From positions 96,001-160,000 of IMG/VR virus record IMGVR_UViG_3300044729_003129: a DNA stretch of 64,000 bases, one strand, 5' to 3'. Position numbers and translations under genes: made by a program. The stretch comes from a virus. Below, piece after piece: positions 27,201-37,800 of the stretch. The stretch's first letter is position 1. Every line of letters begins with the position of its first letter. The notes beneath the pieces were generated by a model. The model saw only the letters and a program-made list of their open reading frames with translations. It did no database searches and had not been told where the DNA came from.

Positions 27201-28083
27201 TGTTGTTTAGTGCCAACCCACCAGAATTTAGTGCAAGTGTACCTGTGTATGCAGTAGCGGTTGAAAGTGTAAGCGTTCCAGAGCCAGTTTTATTTAAAAT
27301 CATGCTGCTAGCATCATTTGTTATATTAGACAGCATTATATTTCCTGGACTACAGTTTATAACTTTTTCATAACCGATTGGAAAATCAATTGTAGCTGAA
27401 ATTGTTTGAGTATTGCTTGAATAGTTATGTATGCCATTATATGTTAAAGAAAGCGAGTTTCCAGACAACGTGTATGATCCAGATGTGTTGTTGAAAGTTA
27501 ACCCATTGATATAGGCGATTGATGTATCGTTTGTCATCGCTAATCCCGTCGTTCCGCTAAAGTATAGCGCGTCATATGGCAGCGGCGCAAGAGTATTGCT
27601 CCAGTTGCTAGCATTACTAAACAGACCGTTTAATCCAAGACCTGACCATATTTGTTCAGTCTCGCCATTTACACTATAAGAGACATTAAAATTAAACCCG
27701 TCCAAAGCTGCAACATGGGCATTAACTTTAGACACACGCGTTGTGCGATTTGGTGTACCCATAGACGTGCCGGACAGCGATATATCTATTGTCTTATCTA
27801 AACTAGAAGTTATAAAACCACGATTTCTATCAATGTCTGTTATTATGGTTTCTATATCTGCCGCTGATGATATATTATTGTCCTCAAGACGTATCTTTTG
27901 TAGCAGCGGGTTTCTTCGCAGTGAAGAAACTGAAGTAACTCCGTTATTTGCTCCTGTTACTCCTACAAGGTTTGGAAAATTTGAAATGTCTAGCGTCCCG
28001 CCTAAAGAAGGAGACGAAGATCCAAAATTTATAGACGTAACATAACCAAGTCTGTTATCTGGAGACAGTGAAATTGATGGCAT
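24241..28083 (-). CDS. Autotransporter-passenger-like beta-helix adhesin (PATR repeats), no beta-barrel
   Basis: Repeated LTKTGTGTxTLSGxNxYSGxTxIxxGxL motifs; short N-terminal LRR; no signal peptide or C-terminal barrel. Confidence 0.85.
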   Translation of the reverse strand: MPSISLSPDNRLGYVTSINFGSSSPSLGGTLDISNFPNLVGVTGANNGVTSVSSLRRNPLLQKIRLEDNNISSAADIETIITDIDRNRGFITSSLDKTIDISLSGTSMGTPNRTTRVSKVNAHVAALDGFNFNVSYSVNGETEQIWSGLGLNGLFSNASNWSNTLAPLPYDALYFSGTTGLAMTNDTSIAYINGLTFNNTSGSYTLSGNSLSLTYNGIHNYSSNTQTISATIDFPIGYEKVINCSPGNIMLSNITNDASSMILNKTGSGTLTLSTATAYTGTLALNSGGLALNNINSLQNSTLTLNSGTLSFGVSGTNAYAIGGLSGSAPLNIGGNSIIVGSNGVTSTFSGNLSGTGSLTKTGTGTFTLSGNNSYSGSTVINNGRLIAASSTAITSSSSFSLSGASTLSLSGGFSVANKPLTIDTSGPSSAIFESIARDNTWSGTVTATGTNLFPVTIRNAAELSTFTLSGNIATLSNGCIVTSSLSSSNINFSGVYNGGPIVKRGFGNLTLGSSNTYDARTEIQEGSLTISSINNVGSGNGASSLGTASITANGIIGLGNPTGSSIGTLTYTGGEASTDRQICLYGRSGGGAAINANGTAGTILNFTSNLGFANSLNSTTRDLSLRGTGIGEFSGIIGDEDAASGKRTSLSKTNAGTWWLSNTNSYTGSTTITNGTLQLRPSASINSTSGIIMGGLVGGTYLSKLVYTSTTPLTAPITMNVVSILSGDGTINSNITINHLQIINGDQANRLILGIALIDPLGTSGTFTRNDSAILNLRGTISSTLSGLDYPTTLSNNGILGPWALYGVGTSTRYAAVNTVHNVYGLDGTTITNGSGVVDTTGTSNYSITTNSSTFAANASVNTLRFNGGSGTIAGALKANGLLNVGTGTVTLSGNITNGSNSELVVIPANNNFTISGVLSNNSPSNTCKLVVGQQTNSAVLGLTLSNGANSYSGGTVIINGRVIITASGALGSGPVTMMRGGAPSSTLAASTEGGWGGALLLQNNITVSNNITLAGQGYNGYGGALQSNMGNNIYAGAITIADSVTRISVSTGATLSITGGINLVTATAYSNLFNHSGGDIRLDCNITSVGTTTFNILGGGTAYLITNRANVWSSVGLSLGSGTGTAYGRVDLNGYNQTATSLIATGSDPTQNIITNRSATLATLTINNSNNFTASNSLTGNLALTKTGTGTATLSGTNTYSGVTDIQDGALVVAQSIATATFRDTSLSVSFSSVPTVGSTYRFFPGSTAQSYTSIILTGAGTRTATYNSTNSTLTINS

Positions 28084-28095
28084 AATGTATATTTA

Positions 28096-29001
28096 TTAAG
28101 CAATGTATGTATGAGATTTAACTTGACCTGAACTTATAGTTTCACTGCTGCCGTCACCCCAATCTACAGTGATGTTGTCTATTGTGGTGTCTGCCGAAAA
28201 ACTGCTATAGGTGAGTCCGTTACCTTCATTATACAGGTCAACAATTTCAATTTCAGTTAGTGGGCGCAGCCACAATCCCGTAGAGTCGACTGATCCAGTA
28301 TATCCAAATTCACCACCATTATCAATTGATCCAAGTTTGAAAGTTGCAGAACCGTCTAGGGGGATGTTTGCCGGCACTCCAGTAGAGGTACTGCGTAAAA
28401 CTCCATTGATATACAGTCGTGCAGACGCTGTTACTGGATCATAGACGCCAACAACATGATTCCAACCTCCAGTATTTGGAAATTGAGTGAGCCAATAGTT
28501 TGGGTCGTTGCCTAAAACAAATATAATATCATTTCCCGTACCGCTGCCGCCGGCAGCATTAACAAATGGTGCTGTACTGATGCCTATCAAAAATCCTTTA
28601 CCGGTTTGCCATTGCGAAACTGCAGGTCCTATGTTTGCTGGTGATCCATTTAACCACGTTGACACTGTAAAGCCATTAGGCGCTAAACTATAGGTAAAAT
28701 TATTCGTTAACCATCCGCCGGCGCCGGTGAAGAGTACTGCGGTGCCGAGTTGGATCGGCAATGCACCCGAGCCGAAAAACGCAATATTGCGATTGGCGTG
28801 AGAGTCACTACCTGCGGCCGCGGAATCTAGTTCCCAGAAACCAGTTAGACCCGTCAACAGACTATTTTTATTGCCAAACTTCAAAGAGAAGTTGTTTAAA
28901 ACTGTAGTTGTACTATAGCTAAATGACCAGATTCTATTAATTTTTTGAATGACTTGCAAAACTTGAGCAAGTGTCGCACGCTTAAAGTCTTGAATATTCA
29001 T
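28096..29001 (-). CDS. LamG/ConA-like lectin protein ending in a PKD-like half-domain
   Basis: FTVSTW, WNHVVGVYD, RLYING and GSVD..GLW.RPLT..EI..LYN; C-terminal VDWGDGSSETISSGQVKSHTY. Confidence 0.8.
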   Translation of the reverse strand: MNIQDFKRATLAQVLQVIQKINRIWSFSYSTTTVLNNFSLKFGNKNSLLTGLTGFWELDSAAAGSDSHANRNIAFFGSGALPIQLGTAVLFTGAGGWLTNNFTYSLAPNGFTVSTWLNGSPANIGPAVSQWQTGKGFLIGISTAPFVNAAGGSGTGNDIIFVLGNDPNYWLTQFPNTGGWNHVVGVYDPVTASARLYINGVLRSTSTGVPANIPLDGSATFKLGSIDNGGEFGYTGSVDSTGLWLRPLTEIEIVDLYNEGNGLTYSSFSADTTIDNITVDWGDGSSETISSGQVKSHTYIA

Positions 29002-29003
29002 AA

Positions 29004-30872
29004 TTAATTTAACACGCCAATTGCAATAAATTTATTAGCTATATCTGATTTATAGATATAAACTGATGACCATTTAACTGTATTATTAAATGTAATGTTG
29101 TCGTTAACTGTGTTTCCAGATCCGCTCGCGATGTTAACTGTAAGTATAGCTCCTCCAACATTTACGATACCCACGCTCCATCCAGAGTTTGCCGAAGCAT
29201 ATGTTGGGAGTGTTAAGGTATTTGCTCCTGTGACATGAAATATTTTACCATCATCAGCGTTTGTAAAAGTTTTACCACTTCCAGTTATGCTTGAATCAAA
29301 TGTAGTATTTGTGCCAGAAGTAACACGACCGTATGCATCGACAGTTACATTTTCATATGTGCCGGCTGACACTCCAGTCGTAGCAAGATCAATTGAATCT
29401 GCATTCGCAACTATGCGGCCACTTGTACCTCCAACGTTCAAGATTAATCCATCAGCAGACAAACCAGCACCGGCTACAGGCGTGCCTGCTCCAGAAAATT
29501 GAATAAAGTTTACAGGTGAAACCCCAACTGATGCTACAGCTTCACCGAGCACCCAACCAGTATTTGCGTATGTTGAACCATGAGTAACAAATACGAAATC
29601 TCCGCCAGCCATTTCAACCGGAGTATCAAAATCAGTAGCACGATCTAAACGTGTCGTCGATGCGATAACATAGATACCGTTGCGTAGCGCCTGACTTTGA
29701 CCATTTACTATAATACGCGCGCCAGCCCCAAGATCAAGATCACCTTCGAGTCCAGTAGTAAAATTAATTGGGTTGCTGAGTGTTAAGTATGCTCCAACAC
29801 CATCAGTTCCATTATTATACTCAACACTGCCGCCTGTAATAGTTTCAAGCGATGTGTTTAGTATAACATGCACTGAGGCATGAACATGCAGTCCTTCAGC
29901 AAGTGTGTCGACGTAACCTTTAGTCGCGAGTATCTGATTGTTCGCATAGACATTTCCACCAGCATAGATGTCTCCACTTACGCCAACTCCACCAGTCACT
30001 ACAAGTGAACCAGTCGTCGATGAAGATGAAGCGATGCTATCAGTTAGCAACACTCCTGCAGTCCCCTTTGTTGCGCTTGATGTCGAACGCAGTGTCAGTG
30101 TACCACTCGCTGCGGTTGATCCGTTGATCGTGCCTATAGTTGGTGTTGTTAATGACGGACTAGACGCAAACACCAAAGAACCGCTGCCAGTTTCGTCACT
30201 TATAACTCCAGCAAGTTGCGCAGAAGTTGTAGATGCAAATTGACTAAGATCATCAGTAGTTGCAAGTGTGCCTGAACGATCTGGTAGTGTCCAATTGCGA
30301 TCAGCAGCTATATTTGCGGTTTGCAATCGACCTTTAAATGTGTTATAGAACCACACAAATGCACCACGAATTCTTTCAATTGCAGATGAATTGTTTGTAG
30401 CACTATTTCCAAATTCTGCATGATATGTGGAACTATTGCTGCTTATAACTGCAGCTGTAGAACTACCGCTGCTTATAATTGCGCCAATACCAGAAGTACT
30501 GTTTATATTTGCACCTATGCCACTCACTGCAGATGCATTTATTGCGGTTTGAGTGTTTAGAGCAGACACCCGAGCAGTAGTAGACGCGCTAGAAGAAATA
30601 TCTAATGCATACAGGTCTGGATCAGATACATTACTAATGACTCCATTAAAAACACCAGAGCCATCACCATTTCTCTTTACTACAGAATTTTGACTGCCTT
30701 CGTCGTCAAGATACGGAGTCTCATGTACAACAATTCCTCCGTCAAGTTCTTTGTAATACAATTTTTTATCAGCATAATTAAGTGCTAATTCGCCAAAATC
30801 CAAGAAATCTTCTAGTGGAACTGCACCAGGAACTGGACTATTTTTTAAAATTATTTTTTTATAATCTGACAT
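29004..30872 (-). CDS. Tail fibre protein
   Basis: N-terminal IILKNSPVPGAVP...GELALNYADKKLYYK (gp34-N-like), SDETGSGSLVFA and GQSQALRNGIYV modules, C-terminal adaptor-like domain. Confidence 0.75.
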   Translation of the reverse strand: MSDYKKIILKNSPVPGAVPLEDFLDFGELALNYADKKLYYKELDGGIVVHETPYLDDEGSQNSVVKRNGDGSGVFNGVISNVSDPDLYALDISSSASTTARVSALNTQTAINASAVSGIGANINSTSGIGAIISSGSSTAAVISSNSSTYHAEFGNSATNNSSAIERIRGAFVWFYNTFKGRLQTANIAADRNWTLPDRSGTLATTDDLSQFASTTSAQLAGVISDETGSGSLVFASSPSLTTPTIGTINGSTAASGTLTLRSTSSATKGTAGVLLTDSIASSSSTTGSLVVTGGVGVSGDIYAGGNVYANNQILATKGYVDTLAEGLHVHASVHVILNTSLETITGGSVEYNNGTDGVGAYLTLSNPINFTTGLEGDLDLGAGARIIVNGQSQALRNGIYVIASTTRLDRATDFDTPVEMAGGDFVFVTHGSTYANTGWVLGEAVASVGVSPVNFIQFSGAGTPVAGAGLSADGLILNVGGTSGRIVANADSIDLATTGVSAGTYENVTVDAYGRVTSGTNTTFDSSITGSGKTFTNADDGKIFHVTGANTLTLPTYASANSGWSVGIVNVGGAILTVNIASGSGNTVNDNITFNNTVKWSSVYIYKSDIANKFIAIGVLN

Positions 30873-30873
30873 A

Positions 30874-33800
30874 TTATTTAATGCGTGTAAAGTCTGTTCT
30901 CAATGCGTTATTTGGTAAATTTGGATCAATCATATAGGCATTATATCCAGAAAAATATAGTGAACCATCATCTAATAACAAGACTGTATAGTCTTCAGAG
31001 TCATAAGGTGATACACATTGTATATCAACTATTTTTTCTACAATTTCTGAACTTAAATTAAGACGGGTCCAACTATTTAATTGAAGTGCACTTCCATTTC
31101 CAGCTTGATAATGGCCATTTTTTCCGACAGCAAACAAGTAATATTTATTGTCAGACGCTCTGTATGCTTTTGCAAAATTTACGTTGTCTGAATAATAACC
31201 ATTTCCACACCAAAAGTCTTCGAGGCTATATCCAGACGGAAGTGGTCCAGACAGTCTCCATTGAGTACTTTCACCAGTTATACCAAATTTATTTCCAGTA
31301 TTTGTGCCTGAACACCAAATTTCATTAACTAATGTTGGGGCAGAAGCAAATCCAAGCGCTCGAACTAAACCTCTATTAGTATTGTATGTTGGTGCTCCTC
31401 CAATTACAATATTTCCATTTGCACTTAGTGCTGCGGTTGATCCAAATTTTTCAGTTGCATTGGTTCCAGCAATATTACCTGTTAATAGCTGCCAATTGCT
31501 TCCAACTAGTCGATATATTCTAATATATCCATTATCTGTTTTGCCAAGAGTATCGGTGTTTGGTGCACCTATAGCAAGAGTTTGGCCGTCGCGCGATAGC
31601 ACGACAGCACTTCCACTTGCGCCTTCTGCTGTAAGTCCAGTAATATCACTCCCCAATTGTTCCCAAACTGTAGTAGTTGAATTATACTGAAAGACTCGAG
31701 TTTGACCGCTATTTGATCCGTTGGCATCATTTCCAGGTGCACCTACTGCAAGTCGTGTTCCAGACCCACTAAGTGATATAATTGTACTATTATCTGAAGC
31801 AAGTTTTCCAGCAATGTCTCCTCCAAGTTGTGTCCACTCATTAAATCTTAATTGATAAATTTTAACTATTCCAGCTCCACCGGTCCCATTTGAAGAAACT
31901 GCAATTATAGTGCCATCGGTATTAATTGCAACCGATGAACCAAAATTTTGATTAACTGATATTCCATCTATAACTGATCCAATTTGAGAGATAGTTGTGC
32001 CTACTATAGAATATGCTCGAACTTGTCCAACATTTAGAGCATTAGCACCATTAATTGTCTTACTCATATTTGGCGCACCAACTACAAAAACTCCTCCATT
32101 ACCAGACATCGCAACGGAACTTCCAAATTTACTTCCCGCTTGACTTCCATTTAAATTAGTTCCTAGTTGAGACCAGGCATTTCCAGAATAATTATACACG
32201 CGTATCTGTCCAAAAATATTTGAAGCTTGACGATAACCGTCTGGAATTCCAACTACTAATCGATTACCAAATGAATTTAAACTTACAGATTTTCCAAAGT
32301 TGCTTGATCCTTCTGTTCCATTTATAGTTGACCCATACTGAGACCATGTATTTCCAGAATATTGATAGCATAATACTTTCCCAACAGTTGGATTTGGTGA
32401 TCCAACTGCAATAATATTTCCAGCATCATTACACGATAGAGAACTTCCAAATAAATCACCAGAAATATTTGTTGTTAAATCAGAACCTAGATTTATTGTA
32501 GTATTATTTTTATTGCCAAATATATATGCTGCACCTTTTCCATCTACATGTGCAGTTGTATAAATTTTATTAATATTTAAATCAGGATTTTCCCAAATTA
32601 GTGTTGGTCGGTTTTTATTAGATGTTGTGCCATCGCCAAGTATTCCATTGCCGTTATAGCCCCAACCATAAATTACGTTTCCAGAGTCAGTTGTTAAAAA
32701 TGCTGTAGTTGCAGAGTCTTCGCCTCCAGCATACAGCCTACATGATGAATAATCAGTTATGCCTGATATTGTAACGGTATTAAATGTATTATTAACTGCA
32801 GATGGTGTTAGCCCATCGCCGCGCAGTCCAGTAGAACCATAACCAGACACCCGTATGCCACTTGAAGTTAGTGCTATGCATGTTGCAGTTTCAGCAGTTC
32901 CATTCCATGTACCAATAATACAAGCATCAAAGACATTTTCAAGCACTGGTGTTGTCTCTCCAGCTGGTTTTGTTGCGGTGTTTGTTGTAGTTGTCCCATT
33001 GTTACCACGACCTAATATGCCATATTGGTTATATCCGGCAATCCACAGACGATTTGATGTATCAATTACAGCAACGTTGTTAATGTCATAGCCACCACTA
33101 ATTATAACCTTTTTAATTTTATTGCCAGCCGAATAGTTATAGAGCGGGTTGTATGCTTTTGTCCATTCTTTTACACGTACATCTACATTTGCTGTTCCAG
33201 GAAATGGCACCATGTTATAGGGGTTATGCCAAATGAGTCCAATTGCCCATAACTCGCCTTCATTGTCAAGGGCACATGCACTGTATCGTGTGACATGCAA
33301 TTCTACTGCTTTTCTATTATCAGGCAATGGCATTTCGCAATGCGAATATTTGTCGGCGTGTCCAAATCTACTATATGGACTGCCTCCAGTTATTATTGGA
33401 ACTCCGTCATGATTTATATAACAAAATTCACCAAAACCTGGTGCAGAACTGTGTGGCGCATGACTTGGTTTGCTTACTAATCGCGCAGCAGGACCCTTTT
33501 TGAATACGAGTGTGTCGACATACTCACGCGTTGCAACTCTTCGACGAGTATTAGGATCATTGCCTTCAAACAAGGCAGCAGAAGTGGAATCCCATGATGG
33601 CCCACCAAGACTCAGTTTAGAAGGGTCAACAGAATTATTTGCAAGTTTATCAGGTGTAATTGCAAGTGGTGCTATTCCTAATTGACGATCGACATTAACT
33701 GTTAGTGTAGGGTCATGCCTTAAATTTAAAACCCCGGTGCCGCCATTTGCAAGCGACAAACTTTGAATAGACTCTGTGCCTCGTATTATATCAAAAACAT

Positions 33801-34581
33801 TTCCACGGTCGATAAAGGTATCGATTACATTGTCCGGTTTTGCTTTTATAAGTGCTCCGCTTATGTTTGGTAGAGTATACCACCAAGAAGCATTATATGA
33901 CACTGAAGGAGCAATAGTATTTCCAGTTTGAGTTGTATAGATTGCAGCATATTTATTTAATAATGCAGTCGCAAGTTCTGGATATGCACTCCCCTGAAAA
34001 CGTGATCCTGTACAACGCAACCAGTCTGAAGAAAATGTGGTACCATTTGGAGCATAATCGACGAGAGAACCAACTGGAAGAATTTCATTTGTGCTTACGA
34101 CATTTGCAGCACCTTCGCTTTGAACCTGAGAAATTATGCTACTTAGCGTAGTCCATGATAAAGCATCTCCAGACTTACCTAAAATAGAAGCTTCACTTGG
34201 GTTATTGTTTGGTATGCTATATGAATGAGTTCCAAATTGTAATTGTGATTCTAAAATTAGTTTATCAGTTTTAATTGGTGTTGTACTTGATAATACATTA
34301 CCTGAGTCATATAAACCAGAATTTCCAATTTTTATGGTTGGAGAAGATAATGTCCCTCCACTAAATGTTTTGGCACCAGTTATAGTCTGTGGCGTGTCTA
34401 GCGTAACTGTTCGCAAAAGAGCAGATGTATTTTGGCCAGACGTATAAAATAGTGGTGATATAGAAGTTTGTATATCAGTTATTTCTGATACTATACCATT
34501 TGTTTTTTGACGCCAAATATCAAAGGTGTCAGATATATTAACACCAGTTGTAGAAAACTCTGAAAATTGAATTGAATCCAT
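30874..34581 (-). CDS. Large fibre/RBP with tail-collar, RCC1-like and FG-GAP-like propeller domains
   Basis: DTFDIWRQKTN N-terminus; LPVGSLV..WLRCTG..YPELA collar; GYNQYGILG and WGYNGNGILGDG RCC1 repeats; seven FG.SV.L...G..(L/I)AVGAP..W.QLG-type repeats. Confidence 0.75.
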   Translation of the reverse strand: MDSIQFSEFSTTGVNISDTFDIWRQKTNGIVSEITDIQTSISPLFYTSGQNTSALLRTVTLDTPQTITGAKTFSGGTLSSPTIKIGNSGLYDSGNVLSSTTPIKTDKLILESQLQFGTHSYSIPNNNPSEASILGKSGDALSWTTLSSIISQVQSEGAANVVSTNEILPVGSLVDYAPNGTTFSSDWLRCTGSRFQGSAYPELATALLNKYAAIYTTQTGNTIAPSVSYNASWWYTLPNISGALIKAKPDNVIDTFIDRGNVFDIIRGTESIQSLSLANGGTGVLNLRHDPTLTVNVDRQLGIAPLAITPDKLANNSVDPSKLSLGGPSWDSTSAALFEGNDPNTRRRVATREYVDTLVFKKGPAARLVSKPSHAPHSSAPGFGEFCYINHDGVPIITGGSPYSRFGHADKYSHCEMPLPDNRKAVELHVTRYSACALDNEGELWAIGLIWHNPYNMVPFPGTANVDVRVKEWTKAYNPLYNYSAGNKIKKVIISGGYDINNVAVIDTSNRLWIAGYNQYGILGRGNNGTTTTNTATKPAGETTPVLENVFDACIIGTWNGTAETATCIALTSSGIRVSGYGSTGLRGDGLTPSAVNNTFNTVTISGITDYSSCRLYAGGEDSATTAFLTTDSGNVIYGWGYNGNGILGDGTTSNKNRPTLIWENPDLNINKIYTTAHVDGKGAAYIFGNKNNTTINLGSDLTTNISGDLFGSSLSCNDAGNIIAVGSPNPTVGKVLCYQYSGNTWSQYGSTINGTEGSSNFGKSVSLNSFGNRLVVGIPDGYRQASNIFGQIRVYNYSGNAWSQLGTNLNGSQAGSKFGSSVAMSGNGGVFVVGAPNMSKTINGANALNVGQVRAYSIVGTTISQIGSVIDGISVNQNFGSSVAINTDGTIIAVSSNGTGGAGIVKIYQLRFNEWTQLGGDIAGKLASDNSTIISLSGSGTRLAVGAPGNDANGSNSGQTRVFQYNSTTTVWEQLGSDITGLTAEGASGSAVVLSRDGQTLAIGAPNTDTLGKTDNGYIRIYRLVGSNWQLLTGNIAGTNATEKFGSTAALSANGNIVIGGAPTYNTNRGLVRALGFASAPTLVNEIWCSGTNTGNKFGITGESTQWRLSGPLPSGYSLEDFWCGNGYYSDNVNFAKAYRASDNKYYLFAVGKNGHYQAGNGSALQLNSWTRLNLSSEIVEKIVDIQCVSPYDSEDYTVLLLDDGSLYFSGYNAYMIDPNLPNNALRTDFTRIK

Positions 34582-34586
34582 TATCT

Positions 34587-34817
34587 TTATTTATTCTCTT
34601 TTTTTGTTAACATTTCAACTATTTCAAGTTTCCAAGCTAACAACTCTTCAACCTTTGCTTGTAAGTCTGCAATTATTCGCTCTTGACGGCGTATATGCTT
34701 TTTTCGATTGCGAGCTGCAACATATGCTGTTGTGTCTGTGTTTAGAATAGCATTTGAAAAAGAGTCTCTTTCAAGCGTTGGATTTTCTTCTACTTTAATT
34801 TTTTTTCGAGTGGCCAT
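34587..34817 (-). CDS. Conserved small protein after the DUF4815 gene
   Basis: KVEENPTLERD..SNAILNTD plus coiled coil, a usual neighbour of this gene in aquatic T4-like phages. Confidence 0.7.
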   Translation of the reverse strand: MATRKKIKVEENPTLERDSFSNAILNTDTTAYVAARNRKKHIRRQERIIADLQAKVEELLAWKLEIVEMLTKKENK

Positions 34818-34822
34818 AAATT

Positions 34823-37800
34823 TTATACTGTTGCAATTGCTCTAAAATCTCGAATTGTCGGTATATCAAAAATATTATTTGACATGAGTATAACTTTTAC
34901 CTGGAAAGAAACAAAGTCATCACCTGGGTCAATTACATATTCAGTTTCAGAATATATATCAATGTTTGTATTAATTGGTATTGGATTTGTTGGAGTTAAT
35001 TCTGTCCATACTAATTGATCATCTGTAGTAGTTGTATCAAATCCCAATTTAACATAAACTTTAATGTCTGTTTCAAATGTAGGACGATTTGTTGATAGAT
35101 AAATATTTAATCGATCAGAAGGAGAGTTTAAGTTAACTTTACGCGTAATATATCGAGCAGTTGCAGATCCATTTTCTAATGGACTTACAATTGAATATGT
35201 CACACCACTACCAACTTCAGAGGCAGCTGTTGGAGAGAATGTAAGAGTAGTCGCGTTATTAGCAGTTATTGTAAATTCTTTTCCACTTAGTGTGCCGCTC
35301 GTTATTTTTAATGTTTTTCCAACAAACGCATTTGTTGTCCAAGTTGCTGTACCTTTTATAAGTGTAGTAGTTGAACCTCCGGTAGAAGTACTAGATTCAT
35401 ATACAGTATAACCTTCATCCGTAGAGTCATCATTGATAATATTTGCAATTGTTAGCAATGATGAGCCATCAACATCAATCACAGGTGATATTGCAGAATC
35501 AACAGACATAAGATTTGATGTAAGCACTGCGCGTGGTCCAAACGGGACATTTTGATTACGTGATGTAAGTATATGAGAACTTAAATTACCATAACTACTA
35601 GGAATATAATTATCGCTATTTGCTTCAATACGTTCTGGAGATTCATTTCCAAATTGAATCCTATGAGATATTGCAGAATTATTAAATGCTAAGTTTGGTT
35701 GACGTAAGTTAAAAATAGACACCGGAATTTCCGCCAGTTTTGCAACCAAGTTGGGTACTACTGGAGTGTTGCTGTCTGCAGTATTTTTTGTTACTATTAC
35801 TGTAGGAGCATTATTATATCCTGCTCCACGATCATGTATAATTACGCGTGAAATACTACCGGTAAATGGATCAATTACAGCTTCTGCGCGAGTACCTCTG
35901 CTTGGATCGAATGTTATTGTTGGAGGCAACCCATATCCACTACCACCGTCTACAATTTCAATTGTTTCGACACCAGTGTGTAATTGTGTTCTAAAATTAA
36001 TGTCTCCAGACTTGATTGTCGTCGTTGCTGGGTTAAAGAATTGTGCACGGTTAATTCTAAATTTTAGGTCCTGTTCTTGTTGAGGAGTCCAAGTAAAGGC
36101 ATTTGCACTCGTAAAAAATGTACCAAGATATTCTTGTTTTTCTATACGTTTACCAGTAATCACATCAGCTTCACCAAGTATTGCATACCAGCAACGATAA
36201 TCACCATCATTTGATGATACTACCACTGCATACTCTTCATCACTCTTTAAGAAAACAGGATCACTAAACCTAAAGTTTGTGGGCAATGAACCATTAGCAC
36301 TTATTTGTACCTCAGATGGGCGACAGAATGTGCGTGAGTATGGGACTATTGTGCGTGTTGGTGCACCGTTTTCCATTGTTACAATATAAATTTCAACCGG
36401 TTGGAAAAGTGCCTTTTGAGCAAAGTATAGGTCAACTGAAGTTATAAATGCACCAGTTGGATAGTCTTCTGAACTAATTATAAATGACTGAGCAAGCGGG
36501 TCACGATATGTTGTAGTGCTTGTGACTACAGTTCCAGAAACAGTTTCTGAAATTGGGGTTACAGTAAATTGTGGCGTTTTCGTAGACAATATCGTCTCTT
36601 GCACAGTCTCAAGTATACCACTTGCAGTATATTTTGATAGTGCATACGTAGTTTCTGAAGATGCATTTCGCGGATCATCAGTCAACTTAAATGTACGATC
36701 ACCAGTACGGAATCGAATCGAACTATTATTTGGTATGATAAATGAACCATAGAGTTCTCCAGATGTGTCAGTAGTTAATGTTGCGCCATATGCGCTATAA
36801 CCAGACTCTGGAGATGGTAATTGGTTTGATAAGATTCCATCAAAACGGCGAGTAGTGTTATCATTTACTGTTGTAGGAATGATAAATTTGGTTGAATCGT
36901 TATTTAATATTTGATTTGTGTATGCTGATATATCACGATCTTCAAAGAATGGATAGACTCGAGTAGACGCCTTTAATCCAGTTGCATGGAAATATACAAT
37001 TCGTGAACGTATAAATGGTATAATTGAAGTATCAACAACACTTTCGCCAAGACTTTTTGGCACAAATGAAAAACCAAGAGTAGTATTTGTGCCTGTACGA
37101 GTGTCAGTATATGCGCGTTGTGTAGTGGTTGTCGTAGGTATGCCACGACCTCTTATAAATGCTCCGCGTGTAGTAGTTGTACTACTCGCACCCCATTGTC
37201 TAGTCCAGTTATTCCAATCTGTGCCAAGTATGTCAAGTGCTGGATCTTCTGCAATAAACTTGATTGCATCAAATGCGCTGTCATCAGTTACAATAAGATC
37301 TGGGCGAGTGATTGTGTCTTTCCAATTATCGGCAGCAGGAGACAGACGTATATTCCCATTAATCTTTGCATATATGTGCGGGTGAACACTAATGTGTGCA
37401 GTCGCTTTTAGGTGCGAAACAAGTTCAACCTCGTCGTAAGACAGCGTAATTATACTGTCATGTACTCGTATTTTCCCATTGTCTGCAAGCGTAGTGCGTG
37501 TAATTGAACCACTCGTAGTATTTGTAACTGTAGTAGTTGTTGTTAGCGGACTGTCAATTGCAAGGTCAATGTTATGAGTATTGTATCGAGGACGTAACAG
37601 TCCAGCGTCACGGTCAACTGCGCATTGATATTGAGGATCAAAGACGTCGCCAACTCCATGACCAATAAAATTATCAACTAGTATTCCATTTTTAAATCGT
37701 TCGCCCGCATCATCAAAAATTGGTTTATCATTAGCAGAACGTTCTAGTAATGATAACGAAGTATAATATTCAATATTGCCTATACGTTTTTCAAGGGCAC

